Source of the DNA: Amphiscolops sp. MND2022 | Taxonomy: Eukaryota | Reading direction: 5' to 3' | Length of the DNA: 64,000 nt | Assembly (NCBI GenBank): GCA_964187785.1 | Contig: OZ076409.1 | Location: 9,488,001 to 9,552,000 of the forward strand | Part shown: positions 1 to 11,900 of the stretch, one piece after another | Layout: each line of letters begins with the position of its first letter | Position numbering within the stretch: the first letter of the stretch is position 1 | Translations under genes and position numbers: made by a program | The notes under the pieces: generated by a model | The model's input: only the letters and a program-made list of their open reading frames with translations | Databases searched by the model: none | Told to the model about the DNA's origin: nothing

Positions 1-1539
1 TTGGGGAGCAATTGGGTGGGAGTCTCTAGCCACCTTCTTTGCTTCCTGAAGGGCAATCCCTAGAATTTCCTTCCCATCCTTGTCAAACAGTGGGGTGCCA
101 GGAATTTCCATGCGAATTCGGTGTTCTTTCGTCAAATGAGTGTCTGAACGGTAATGCGAAATTAATTCCAACGGTCCCCGGCTCATCAGCGATAGTTCCG
201 TCCTACATACTCTACACCACCACTTGTAAGGTGTTTTCTCAGCATCCAGAGGACCGGTTGCGGAAAATTTAAGTACTGGATGTTTCCTGAGCATACTCAC
301 TGTCAGTGAGTACCTAGGTCTCCTCCTCTTGCCATGTGTTGTCTGTTGCCTTTCATGCCCTTCAGATGACAGAGGTCTGGACGATGAGGGTCCGGGAAGG
401 TCTTCCTGACTTGATGTAGCTAGGAGTGTAGGATCCAGAGTGTGATCCACGATAGTTAGCGATAAGGGCTGATTAGCATCTACCCCTTCGCCGGACATGA
501 AGTTCTGTGGGATTCGTTCTAAGACACTACTTAGTGTCAGAATCTCCTGCCGAGTGACGTTAAGGCTGGGATAGGCAACGCCAGTAAAGTCCCCTTCAGT
601 AGGAGCAGTGCGGGTGGTTTCTTGAAGTCCAAGATTTCCAATCTCATAATTGGCGGGGTCATCGAGTAGAGTGGGAATTTCCCCCGTAGCGTCATCAAGT
701 AAAGTTGGAGTCAAATACTGCCCGAGTTGGAAAGGAGAAGCCTGGGCAATTTGGGGGGCAGGATAAGTCCCGGTAAAGTCATGCTGTAATACTGGATTAA
801 AATCGCCCATGTTAGTGGTGGGGGTAGTTGCAGCTGTTTCACCAAGATTGACACGTCTATCTGGGGAGTGTAATTCAGCTCTCTGTTTTGGTTCCTGTGC
901 TGAGCAGTTCTCTTCACGATTCACAGATGCAGGGGTAGTTACTACTTCTATACCCTCGTCAATGCTGAGAGGTTGAGCACTAGGAGACACAAAGGGAACT
1001 TGGAGACTGGCTGTTCTAGGCGAAGCTACTCCTAGTGGGGTAAACACTTTGTCAGGCGTCTTTACAGAAGGAGACTTTTCTGAAGTGGCGGAAGTTTTGT
1101 GAGGCGATTTTTCTGGTGAAGTCCGAGAAGTCCAGAGTTCAACTAAAACAATGATCTATTACCTAATGAAAGAAGGAAGTGGATCTGATCTAGCAAGCGA
1201 AACACGTTTGAAAATGCCTGAAACCGGACGCGGGGACAGGAAATGAAAGTAGAACGGAAGTAGCTTAGAAGTTCGAAGCGGAAACGTTTCAAAAAACCCG
1301 AATTTGGACTAGACATTTTCGCTAGCCATTTTCAAGCTGCAAGCCTGGCCAGCTTTGCAAAAAACCAAAAAGTCTCAAATCTGAATCAAAATGAACCAAA
1401 TCAAAACAAATGAGTTGAGCTTACCGGACATCGGATTGAGAGGTAAATCACTCCAAAAGTCGTCGCGGTGATGTGGCGATTGATCTTTTCTGGATCTTCG
1501 TTTGCCTGAAGAACCTGACCCGCCAGGTGTAGAATCCAT
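1..1539 (-). CDS. Spliced BED-type zinc-finger protein, 5' part (exon 1539-1425, intron 1424-1143, exon 1142 to beyond window start)
   Basis: Manual translation; absent from the ORF track because the frame runs off the window. ATG at 1539 (MDSTPGGSGSSGKRRSRK...), GTAAG donor at 1424 and TTTTAG acceptor at 1143, both phase 1. A stop-free 380-codon frame follows: S/T/P-rich linker, KRRRPR NLS-like patch, then WWCRVCRTELSLMSRGPLELISHYRSDTH (CxxC...H...H). Confidence 0.85.
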
Positions 1540-1907
1540 TATCCCACAAGAGTAATGAAATTATGCGAATTTGAAATTTTCCTGCTGGAAATGTTATGTA
1601 AAGAAGTCGGGGAAGATATGGATGAACTGCTTCTGTATGTGTGAACTACGACTAAAGACTGAACAAGGAAATTAACAATAAGTTGACTGAAAATGCAATA
1701 TACGTAAGAAGGCGTGGCGTAAAAGAAGGCAAAGAGCAAATGATGCAAGTTTGCGCAAATGTGCAAGAGAATACTATAATCTGATTGGTTAATTAAATGT
1801 CAATTTCGTCTGCCAGCGTGATTGATTGACTCATTGTGGATTCTGGATGAGAGAATACATGCAAATACGCTAATACGAACCAAATTGGAATGGTTTATAT
1901 GCTAGAG

Positions 1908-2056
1908 CATACGGCAGTATGCGGATCGACTAACAGCGAGTATACGGCAGTATGCGGAATTGCAGTGACGAGTATGCGGCAGTATGCGGAATTGCAGGCA
2001 AGGACTATGCGGCAGTATGCGGATCGAGTAATGACGCATACTCGGCATCCTGCAGT
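1908..2056 (+). repeat. Array of bipartite motif TATGCGG-CAG-TATGCGG, about 33-bp period
   Basis: Copies start at about 1908, 1941, 1973, 2006 and 2039 (degenerate). Half-sites are 10 bp apart and the sequence between units is variable. Confidence 0.85.
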
Positions 2057-2683
2057 TTTCGCTGTATGTATTCCAAAGGAGTGGATTAATATTGTCAATG
2101 ATTAGAAGCGTATGAATGGATGGTATTATGCAATATTACGAAGCAACTACATATTCTTAATGACAAAACACATGTGATACTATTAACGTGTGAATACGAC
2201 ACTGATGCTCTTTTGATTTTAATATGTTTTCAAAAGTCTAGACTGCTGGTACCCTTTGCAAGTTTTCCTAAATGGATTTACCAATAAACATGTAAACTTA
2301 TTTGCACTATTGCTAACCCTGTTGCATTTTTCAAAATGCAGGACCGGGATTAAACTGTGTTTTTCCTTAAAAATAAACTTTGATCCTGTAATAATCTGAA
2401 TTTGAAATGAAACATTCACGTTAATATTTTCTATTTTCATGTTTACCAAGTCATGAAGGATTAAATATATTTAATTCTGAACTGTTTAAATGAATACTTC
2501 CATGAAAATATTTCTTAGCTAGTTACTTTGAAGTTAGGATGAATTTGTTTATATATCATTTGAATATCAGAGGAAAACTGTAAGCTTTGATGATGACTGA
2601 TGATCCGTTGGAGCGTTAACTGAAACACCTTTTATGGAAATTGTTTACAACTTATTATGGATGAAACCCGAAAACCTATCCTC

Positions 2684-2690
2684 TATAAAA
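2684..2690 (+). promoter_or_regulatory. Putative TATA box of the 2894-3933 gene
   Basis: TATAAAA about 200 bp upstream of ATG 2894; AATAAA at 3985-3990 just after the stop. Confidence 0.4.
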
Positions 2691-2893
2691 CCCTTATAAG
2701 GGAAGTTAAAGGATCAGAACATGACACGCAATTTTTCCGCGGGTTTTCCTCCAAAGTCAGAAGGAAAGAGAAGAGAGATCACCATATGGTTTTCAATTCA
2801 ATTCACATTCAGCAGCTCTTTCACTCCAAATAAGTTTGTGAGAACTTTCTCTAAAAAATACACTACAGTAGAACCCAACAATAAAACAGAAGA

Positions 2894-3933
2894 ATGCGAA
2901 CCAACATAGACGAGATCTCTTCGCCCTCAGTTATCGACGTTTCCAGTGAGCCCGGGGAAGAGTTTATGGTGGAACCAGGAAATGTTCAAGCTCTGGACGA
3001 GAGATTCCGAGTGGGAGGCCCTTCCTCAGATGCCATGTCAGCCTTTGTGGGCGCAGCCGCCGCAACTCTGTTTCCCTCCTTTTCGATTCCCTACCAAACT
3101 GAGGAGGTCATTGATACTGATGGATCACAGATCGAAAGACAACTGATGGAACTGGTGGAGGAACACTCGAGCAATGGTTCAGTCTCGCCACCATCGTTTA
3201 TAGATACAGAATTCGAAGAATCCCCAGAGTCCCCAGATGAACTGGAAAAAAGTGGAAGCATGCCTGCGAATAGCTATGGCCGTCCGACCGCCTCAATTTT
3301 ACCGACTCCAAGGGGTCTTGGTAGGGGCAGAGGAACGGTTACCTGTCCTGTGCCGACATACCCACCTGGTTACTTGCCTCAAACGAGCAACTTTGACCTA
3401 ACAAGAAATGACATACAGGAAGTACAACCAGTGAATCCTGGTTCTGGGAACAGTGTCTATCAAAACAGACCAATTATTGCCAACCCAAATTTTCCTTTTA
3501 TTAGTATGCCACTACAGCAGAACGTCGTCCCAATGATGATCCAAATTCCACAGAACGCACCCAATTTCATAGCCAGCCCAGGAGGTTTGCATGCCCAACA
3601 ACAAGCACGCTATGGATTTACAGTACAAACTACCCACAGTACAAGTTTCCTGTTGTTGCCCCCCAGAGAGAGAGAGACGCATATCGCCTGTCCCCCACTG
3701 TGATGCCCAACATCGCTGGTTTTTGCGACTGGTGTGGCAGGACGTATGATCAAATCGGGTTGGAGATTCTCGGGGAGTACCTCCTCGCAACAGCGTATGA
3801 AGCGGAAACTGTGAGAGATCGCAATGTAAGGTCACGAGCTTTCATCGATGGATTTGAGGCAGCCCTGTTCACTTTCAAAAATGCAGGACTGTCGCAACCC
3901 AGAACTTGCGTGGGATCCGGAGAGCAACAGTAG
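2894..3933 (+). pseudogene. Accessory ORF of unknown function (about 345 aa), split by one frameshift near 3660-3678
   Basis: ORF 2894-3703 and ORF 3700-3933 join if the frame shifts in the CCCCC/(AG)n run, giving ...RERDAYRLSPTVMPNIAGFCDWCGRTYD.... Acidic, Pro/Gln-rich N-part; CxxC-containing C-terminal domain. Confidence 0.55.
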
Positions 3934-4218
3934 TTGAAGCGAACAGTGTGTCTGACCATCGTCTGAAAACTGTGAAACTTTCACAATAAACAATTTGTTT
4001 TATTTGTTTTCATTTTGCCTTTTCTCTTTTTCGAAAGTCATGTAAATAACTTGTACAATTTAATGTGAAAAGGGCCTAGTTTTACATGTCATTGAGAGCA
4101 AACAATTGCATAAAACCCGAGTTAGAGTAAAGGAAACACGTGTTGATGAGCAATATGTTACGTAACATTGATTCTTATTTAGCCCAATTTAGTTCAAATA
4201 CCATTTTGTGCTGACGAC

Positions 4219-4405
4219 TATGCGGTAGTCTGCGGTTCGAGCAGTACCGCATACTCGTCATTATGCGTTATTTTGTCAAGATTCACTATGCGGCACCCTA
4301 CAGTTCGAGGAGTGACGCATACTCGTCACTATACGTTTTTTTTTGCAGAAACACTATGCGGTATTCTGCGGATTGTGTAGTGACGTATACTCGTCATTAT
4401 GCGGT
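4219..4405 (+). repeat. Second array of the element-A motif (TATGCGG/TACTCGT variants), about 33-35 bp period
   Basis: Copies at about 4219, 4252, 4286, 4320, 4355 and 4388, e.g. TATGCGGTAGTCTGCGG and TACTCGTCATTATGCGG. Confidence 0.8.
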
Positions 4406-4838
4406 TTTAGCAGGACCTTCTATATAGCTTTGGAAGCTGAAGTAATGCTATTTGGAAACCATCTTAAATGTATTTTATATCGCATTCTAGGTAATTTCCA
4501 GGGTTTTCCCTAGTCCTTTCCTTAAATATACTTAGAACGTGATGCAATTCAGCTGATGCTATAAATAGAATGACGTTACCCTGACGTAATCCTATTTTTG
4601 TCTTTTCCAAATAATGATTGCAGTAAAAATGAGTGTCATGGTATTTTTGGAGCTATTTCATTCTAAAAACTGAAGGAGAATTCATTCAATCCTGAACTGT
4701 CAACAAGTGCAGTTGCTTCTTCAAACATCTGTAAACCTTTTGGTAATTTGCTGATACTCTAGTGTCTTGTTATTTCAAATAGACAAGATAATTCAAATTC
4801 TCCCCCAAAAGCCAAAAACCATTTTCACCCAAAGCAAT

Positions 4839-5418
4839 ATGGGAAACAAACGCAATAGACGATCTAGGAGATTAGAGACTCCTTCCCCAGAAAGAGAAGT
4901 GGAAGTAACTCAAGTAGGAATACCCATTACAGGTAATGAGACTTTAACTAATTCTAATACGGTTGTTCAAGAAAATTTAGGTGAAAACAATTCAGAGGGC
5001 CAGTTGATCGAACCCAGTGTAGTTAGTAATGAAATTCAAGCCTGGACCCAAATTATGGAACAAAAGACTAATGATCGAATTGAAAAAATGAGAGAAGAGA
5101 TGGAAAACAATCTGGAAACAATCTTAAAAGAGATAAAGTCTAACAAAAGCGCTTCTACGGCAACAAATCCAAGGTCAGAAATTAACGAAAACATAGATCA
5201 GCAACCGTCGGGATCCAAAATAGATAGGTCTAATGGAGTTCACGCATCAAACATTGGAAATTCTGATTCTGAAAATGACGATTATCCTCTTAGGGCTTCT
5301 AAAATGAAAGATCTTAGACATCCTGCAAAGCCTTTGTTTCGAGCTGAATCAGATGTAGACGTAACTATACATTCAGACGAAGAGTCTGATGCAGAGAGCC
5401 TAGGTGAGGATTATCACA
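4839..5418 (+). pseudogene. gag: Gag N-terminal segment embedded in the presumed 3' LTR of element A
   Basis: MGNKRNRRSRR..., a coiled-coil stretch (EKMREEMENNLETILKEIK) and an acidic tail ending EDYH. Same organisation as the LTR-embedded gag start of element B. The remainder of the ORF-track call reads flanking DNA and B's LTR. Confidence 0.55.
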
Positions 5419-5440
5419 GCACGACAATAAATACAATATA

Positions 5441-7683
5441 TGTCGAGCCCTACCCTGTGGGTCGGCTTTGAAGAACTTTGCGATGTTGAAGGTAAGTTAT
5501 TTTCATCATTTTTACTAATAACTGCCATCAATAAGTTCTTCAGTTGACTAAATTCGCTTTGTAACTCATTTATCTTCTTCTCATAGTTCTCTTTTATTTC
5601 AGACAATTGGGACGAGATATCTGAAGGTTCGTTATTGTCAGAGTCATTGGCGGACGATTGAGCCATGTCTGGATCTATTGGAGGAGATGTTCCTGACGAG
5701 GAATGTATAACTCTACCGCTTCTAAGTTCAGTGCCTTGGTCCGGATTTATGTATTCGAGAGAAAAGAATTATGAGTGAAGACTGAATTATCTGAGATGTG
5801 TTTTCGATGTATCTTGCTGATTTAACTGAATGTTCGATCCCAAAATTCACTAATTTGAACTGAGATGTTTTAGAAAGTAGTCGTACAAATAAGTAAGCAG
5901 TTATATAAGGAAAAGAAAACTAGCAAGTTATTCAGAAGAAGTTCATCCAATGTTCATCGCAGTCGTAGATGTACCAAGAAATTACTCAGTTTAAATTTCT
6001 CAATTTCTGAAGATGAAATAGAGATGTGTTTTCTGACTTTTGCGTGTTAAAATATCCAACTTGTCGGTAGCTTGTCGCAATTCGGGCTGAGTAATATTTA
6101 ATGGCGGTCCAAATTACAGCAGTTCACGTGTCTTTTCGGTTGGTAAGACGCTAAATCTCTTACCAACCTTCTCTCATTGGCTGTTACCAGCTGGTGTTAA
6201 AATGGTAAGTCACGTGACCGGTGTTGTGAACTGCCGCAAAGTGGCCACGCACCATGGTACATCTACATGTGTTAATGGTGTTTTAGTCATCAATTTACAG
6301 TGTCGCAATTGCCTGCACATAACATCATGGTTTCTATAGTAACTAAAATGGACTCAAATTATTCAATAACGCACTAATTTCAAGCAAATTTAAGGTAAAG
6401 CACACTTTGGGATGGGAAAACGATGTTTTCCGCTGATTCTAGCACCAAAATCAATGATTTAAAACTTGAAGATGGAAATGCGATGAACTTGTAAGAATAT
6501 TTGCTGATTTCCAAGTATAGTTTAGCTCTGGATGAAAATGCGATGAATGGTAGTCTTTCTCGCTCGGAAATCAACACAATTCAAACTGACGATGACAAAA
6601 GGATGAACTCCATGTACAATTTGTCAATTTCCAGCACAGATTCAAATGACGATGAATTAGGGATGAATCCAGTCGATAAACGCTAATTCTAATACAGGAG
6701 ATTTTTGGCGATGGGTTTAGGATGAACTTGTCAGTTAAAACAGCAAATACCAGAGCAATACAAATTGACGATGAGTTTGGGATGAACTCACCGGTTAAAA
6801 CACCGAATACTAAAGCAGTTCGATTTAGCGATGAGTTTAGGATGAACTCACCCACTAAAATGGTTACTTTTCTGCACAAACGAAATCAAGATGAATTGAG
6901 GATGGGTTTACTAAACAAATCAGATAACCAGCACTTTCACTCTTTTTAGGATGAATTAAGGATGTACTTTCTCATTTCTCTTCTGTACTAGTGAACGCGA
7001 TGAATAAAGGATGGACTACTGTTCTTTAGAAACGAGAAGCACATTCAGGAATTACTAAATGAAATAATCACGATGAATTAAAGATGAGTTTTACTAGAAT
7101 AAGTCCCATAAAATCCGCTGATGGATTTCTGATGAAAGTCAGTTTAAAGTCCCATGTTTTGTTCACTCGCAAACTTTAAGGATGGGATTGCGGTGAACTT
7201 TGGTTAAAAGCACCGTTGAACCCGCTGATGGATCCAAGTGAAATTTCTGATCAGATCAAAATCGTCATCAAATTCGACGATGAATTTGTGATGAATTTAA
7301 TAGAATTTGTCACAACTACATACTCTGAGGCGGGGAGTTAGTAGAAGTTATATTTTCCATTACTTCCAATATTCCTCGGTCCAGTCTGACCGGAAAACTT
7401 CTCTCCCTTGTCGTGACAAACCAATATTTGAAATATAGCACTTTCAAGGCTAGATTCTGGCAAGATCATTTATGCGGACACCGGAACTAGAGCGCTCAGT
7501 ATTAAGTAAATATATATAACTCACACTCAAAAGGGGAAGGGATTAAAGTACAAGTAACGTAGGGTTGCTCACAACCATGGCCCTTATTATATGACATCAT
7601 ATTGCCCATATCTAAGTACATAAGACATAATATTTACATTACAGATATTAAGTAGATTACATTTCCATCATGCTGGCATGACA
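5441..7683 (-). repeat. 3' LTR of element B (2243 bp)
   Basis: Matches 22000-23833 except for a 411-bp block (6625-7035), a 2-bp indel and about 8 substitutions seen by eye. Confidence 0.95.
6411..7293 (+). repeat. LTR array of GATG-N7-GATG motifs, mostly 60-bp period
   Basis: Motifs start at 6411, 6471, 6531, 6591, 6651, 6710, 6770, 6830, 6890, 6950, 6999, 7072, 7120, 7181 (variant) and 7279; the intervening sequence is divergent. Confidence 0.9.
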
Positions 7684-7697
7684 CTCCCCGGGGCGGG
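7684..7697 (-). other. Putative short polypurine tract of element B
   Basis: Minus strand reads CCCGCCCCGGGGAG directly before the LTR start TGTCATG; only the last 6 nt are purines. Confidence 0.5.
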
Positions 7698-8986
7698 ATT
7701 TGGATTGAGAGTGCAGGGGCCAAATGTGCAGAGGATGGTTGTCTCGGCGTTGGCTTCGACTGGTTCCTTCGTTTGGTTAGGGAGAAAATTGGTCCTTCGT
7801 TCGTTCTGAATTGGCATTTCCTTCGTTTGTTCTGTCCTGTGTGTATCTTCTCTGAGAAGAGGACTATCGGCAATCGTCATGTCTGGCTTCATTCTGGGTG
7901 ATTTCGGTTAAAAATTTCGACGCGGCAACTCTAATTCTTGGCCCATCGAATGTCCGCTGATCTGCATTTTATTGGTTGTCATGCTTTTGGTGGGAGCTCA
8001 GTCTGTCGATTGTTTCGGTGGAAATCTCGATTTCCTGGTGAAAAGATTTCCTCAGGCCGCCTACGCTAAGTAAACATTCTGCTAGTTTCGTTGACAATTT
8101 GGCAGTAAATCGGCGCCATTTCTTGTCTGCCGAAGTTTCCCGGGATGAATGAACGATGAATTGTTTACTCAGCGAGACATCGATGTTGACTTAACAGACG
8201 GCTGGCGCCGCCGCTCTGTCAATCTCCGCGATAGGAAAGAGATGATTTTGTTGTCATAGCAACCGTCACTGTCGCTTCCGCTGTCTGATTTTCTCAGCGA
8301 TGAGAAAGAGATGAAATCGTCGCCATAGCAACTGCTGCTAAATTCTGATTGGCGGAAAACTGAATTTTCTGAACTGGAGGAAACTCAACCGGTTGTTAAC
8401 AAACATTCTCATCCGTGAATCATCTTCCGTCAAGTCGGTTTTGAAAATCGCCACGATTTCCTTTGCGCGTTTCCGCTCAACTTCGTCGGCATTGATCTGA
8501 GACTGGCAGCTGTCATCAAAATCAAATACTTGAAGCTTTTGTAGTCAAATTCTGGGGGGCGATTCATTTTCAGAGAAAATTGCTAAGTTGGTTGAAACTG
8601 GGAAGAAAAGTGTAGAGAGTCATTGAAATCGGAGAGTTTTCATCGATTTTTCATCTTCTGAATTTCAAGTATTTGGTTTGTCCTGTCGCTCAAGCAGCAT
8701 TCGCGCTCTTTAAAGTTTTTCGTGAATTTGTAATCTCGCAATCATGGTTGATCAGGCCATTTAATTACTGATCAAATTCTTGTCCTCAGATTCTTCGATT
8801 TCGTTCCTTTCTTCACTCTCTTCCGTTCCTTTTCAGATTGTTTTGCAATTCTTCACGATGTCGGATATCCACTCCGTCTATTCGTTACCGGAGACCGAGG
8901 CCACAGAAAATAAGTGCACTATTTTTTCTCTTCTTCACAAACGGGTTAGGGAATAATTAGGAACTGAAGGCGTGTCTTGGTTTTAG

Positions 8987-11900
8987 CGGACTCCGTTCAC
9001 TCTGTCGGCAGGCATCATTTCCGAGCTGACTACATTGCAGACAGTTCCGCCTCAAGAGGCTCCAATCCATGCAGCATCTCACGCACCTCAGTATCAACCT
9101 GAGCAGCAAATTGAACAGGCCCCTAACGTCCCGCATCTTCCGCAGTGTAAGTTCTTTCCTTTCAGATCATCATCTCAGTCTACAATCTCTTCTTTTCTCA
9201 TCCCCGATCCATTCAGACGCTGACTCTTTCCGTTACTGTTTAGATCACTATCCCTGGTATGCCTCCCTCGGTAGCATCACCTTCGGGTGGTATGATCGCC
9301 ACATGCGGGACATGCTACGAGATAGCATCCAGCAATTTAGTGAGTTGACTCCATTTTACTTTCCTCCTGTACTAAGGCATCGTCCGGACACTCCGATGTA
9401 ATTCCGATGTAAACATCTCATCTGCATGTAGTGCCCTACGCGGTCGGTTACCTCATAAAATTCATTTTTAGGATGAATTTAGGATGTATCATGAATATCC
9501 ACAGTTTTCATGGCTGATTCGTTGCGAATTCCATTTTGAGGGTGGATTTGAGATGAATTCTTCTCCTGTCTTCTTTCTTCGCGCGGCGTACGCGCACTTT
9601 CTTCTTCATTCGTCGTCGTCTGATTTCTGTTTCCTTCTTTCAGGTACAACGCCTATCCATGCCCCGAGACCGCGTCCCATCACCTATTCTATCGGGATCG
9701 GGACCAGTGACTTCGGTGATGGCAGTGTTGACGTCAGCACACAAGGAGGGCCTCCTCAACTCAACCTCTCCTCGTTCCTCAATGAACTGTCGCTAACTGG
9801 AGTGAGTTCTCCTGTCAGGCAGGCGCCAGTGTCTGTACTGTCGCCAGTGTTGAGGCGATCTTTCACCGTTGCTAGTCCTCCTCCTGCTCGTATTACTCTC
9901 GACGCTGCTGTAAATGCTGTTGTCGATTGTAGAGACATGGCCATCAATGCCTGTGTGGGCGTTGCAGATCAAACTGTCCAAGCTGTCACTGAAACTGGAG
10001 ATGCTGCTACCTGCTATGATCCTCCAGCGATTACTCCACCGTCTTCTCCTCCTCCACCGATTGCTGATGTTCCTGGGGCAGTTGACGTTGACGTTGCCCC
10101 GTCCGAGGTTCCCTCAGCTGGCACCACCGAGACCCTACTGGAAATCCCTGACGATTTCTCATTTCGTAGTACTCCGTCTGGCGTGTCTGCTCCAGGGAGT
10201 GTTGCGTCCAATGTGGCTACTGCTGACATCGAGAAGTCTCCAATGGGACCCAGCCTGTTGGACTCCGATGACGAGCCCATTGCATCTCGTCTGCCAGGTT
10301 AACTAAACAGCTTTAAACCGGTGAAGTATCTGATCAGTAGATTTTCATTCATTTCCTTCTTCGTTTTTACTTTCACTAGCATTTTTCACGTTTTTCTTCT
10401 TTTCTATCCATTTTCCATCGTTTTTCTGTTTTCACTATATGGTTTTCTGCAGTTTTCCATTTTCCATCACTTTCTCATCGTCAAAAGTTTTGAACAATAG
10501 TCTTTTCGCTCTCTGGTCCTTTTTTAGAACTTTCCATCTCTTTTACATCTTTAAAATTCCTCGTTTCGGTTTTCGCTATTTTTCAGTGTTTTCTTTTCAG
10601 TTTACATCTCTTTTTCATCGTTAAGTTGTTTTCGCTCTAAAATATCTCAATTTTGGTTTAAAGTCGTTCTATTCATCTCTTTTCCATCGTTCGAGTTTTT
10701 CATTCTTTAAAGTTTCCATTTTTCATTCTGGTGGTGTGCAAACACATCTCTTTTTCATCTTTTCGTTTTTTCTTCGTTTTTCGCTTATATTTCCTATGAA
10801 AATATTATTTTACATCATGTTTTCATCACTCCGGGTGAACTTTTTTGGTTTTTACTTGTGACTTTTGCATTTTTCGATTTTTCTGATGTGTAACAGATGA
10901 TTTTAGTCGTTGTCTATGATGGTTTGTAATGGTATTACTTTTGCTATATTGTGTGGTTGTGATTATCAGGAAAGAAAGTGATCAAGTCTGGATGGTTTGA
11001 TCATCCATACTGCGGGCTGGCGCTAGGATATGCACGCAATCACGAGTCGCGCATGTCGTATGTGCGATGTCTAATGTGCAAGAGAGATGTTAAGGTGGGC
11101 AGCCGAGGCATTACCACCTTTATGGAGCACTGCCGAGGCCTAGGCCATCATCGGCTGGATTGTGTGGTACGGCTGCACCGAGGGCTACCGTTGCGGCGAC
11201 GTGATGGAACTCTCATGACAAGTGACGAAAGTGCAGAATGCCGTGTGAACCTGGAGGGGGTGTCCGTGCCTTTCATAGAGACCTGTCCATCACTTAATGT
11301 GGTGGAAGTTTTCGAGTTGGAGGGTGCTGGACGACCTGTGTGGGGCGACGAAGAGGAAGGGGAAGACTGGCCAGAGCGAACTGTTCGTCTGTTTATTTGC
11401 TTTGTTGTGGACGCCCTATATCGTGATTGTCAGTTTGCCAGTGTCACAAACCTGTGGGAAGTGTTGGTGGCTTCCGATCCCCAACATGCGGTCTTGTTTG
11501 GGGCGCAATGCGGATTGAACGATGTCATGGTAAGCGTCTACTCGTATGTTTTTTAGTCATACTTTTGGCCATTATGTGTTCTTCTAGTTTTAGTAGTGGG
11601 TGGGGGGTAGGGTGGATGCTATTTTTATGTTTTATTCACAGCGTTTTTGTTTTAGAGCGTGATCGTATTAGGGCTGTGGCCGTACGTGATGCGGCGACTG
11701 ATCACTGTCTGGACCGATAGCACTTACAGTAGCTTCCATTTGTCAGTTGTGGGAGGGCGCGTGACAGGGACTGTTACAGTGTGTGTGTTAGACGGGGTCA
11801 AGCTTTACTGTGTGTTTAGCTTCACTGTGGCTCGAGACTGGGAAAGCAGGGTAATCACATGGCTAGTGAACATGTGGTGCTGTATGCTCGGTGAGCCAGT

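Larger units (their letters stand above)
1..5418 (+). mobile_element. 3' portion of a large Ty3/Gypsy-like LTR element (element A), related in layout to element B; runs off the window start
   Basis: Layout mirrors element B: an antisense spliced BED-finger gene, motif arrays, then a gag-N-terminus-like frame. That frame loses gag-like character exactly at ...GATTATCACA (5418), a plausible LTR 3' end in -ACA. No second LTR, pol or TSD partner lies in the window, so the boundaries are inferred. Confidence 0.6.

Noticed and set aside
4634..5418. Solo LTR starting at TGTCATG 4634
   Set aside because: The start matches the TGTCATG of the B and C LTRs, but the flanks (ATGAG vs GCACG) give no TSD and the upstream purine tract is weak. 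The LTR start of element A is left unresolved.
6380..6949. Short ORFs within the LTR array (6380-6577, 6501-6686, 6571-6879, 6722-6949; copy at 22939-23136)
   Set aside because: They are by-products of the 60-bp periodic motif (recurring DE..MN), and are partly deleted in the other LTR.
6411..7293. CRISPR-like array (constant motif plus variable spacer at 60-bp period)
   Set aside because: The constant part is only two 4-mers rather than a 23-47 bp repeat, there are no cas genes, and the context is a eukaryotic LTR. Treated as a protein-binding motif array instead.
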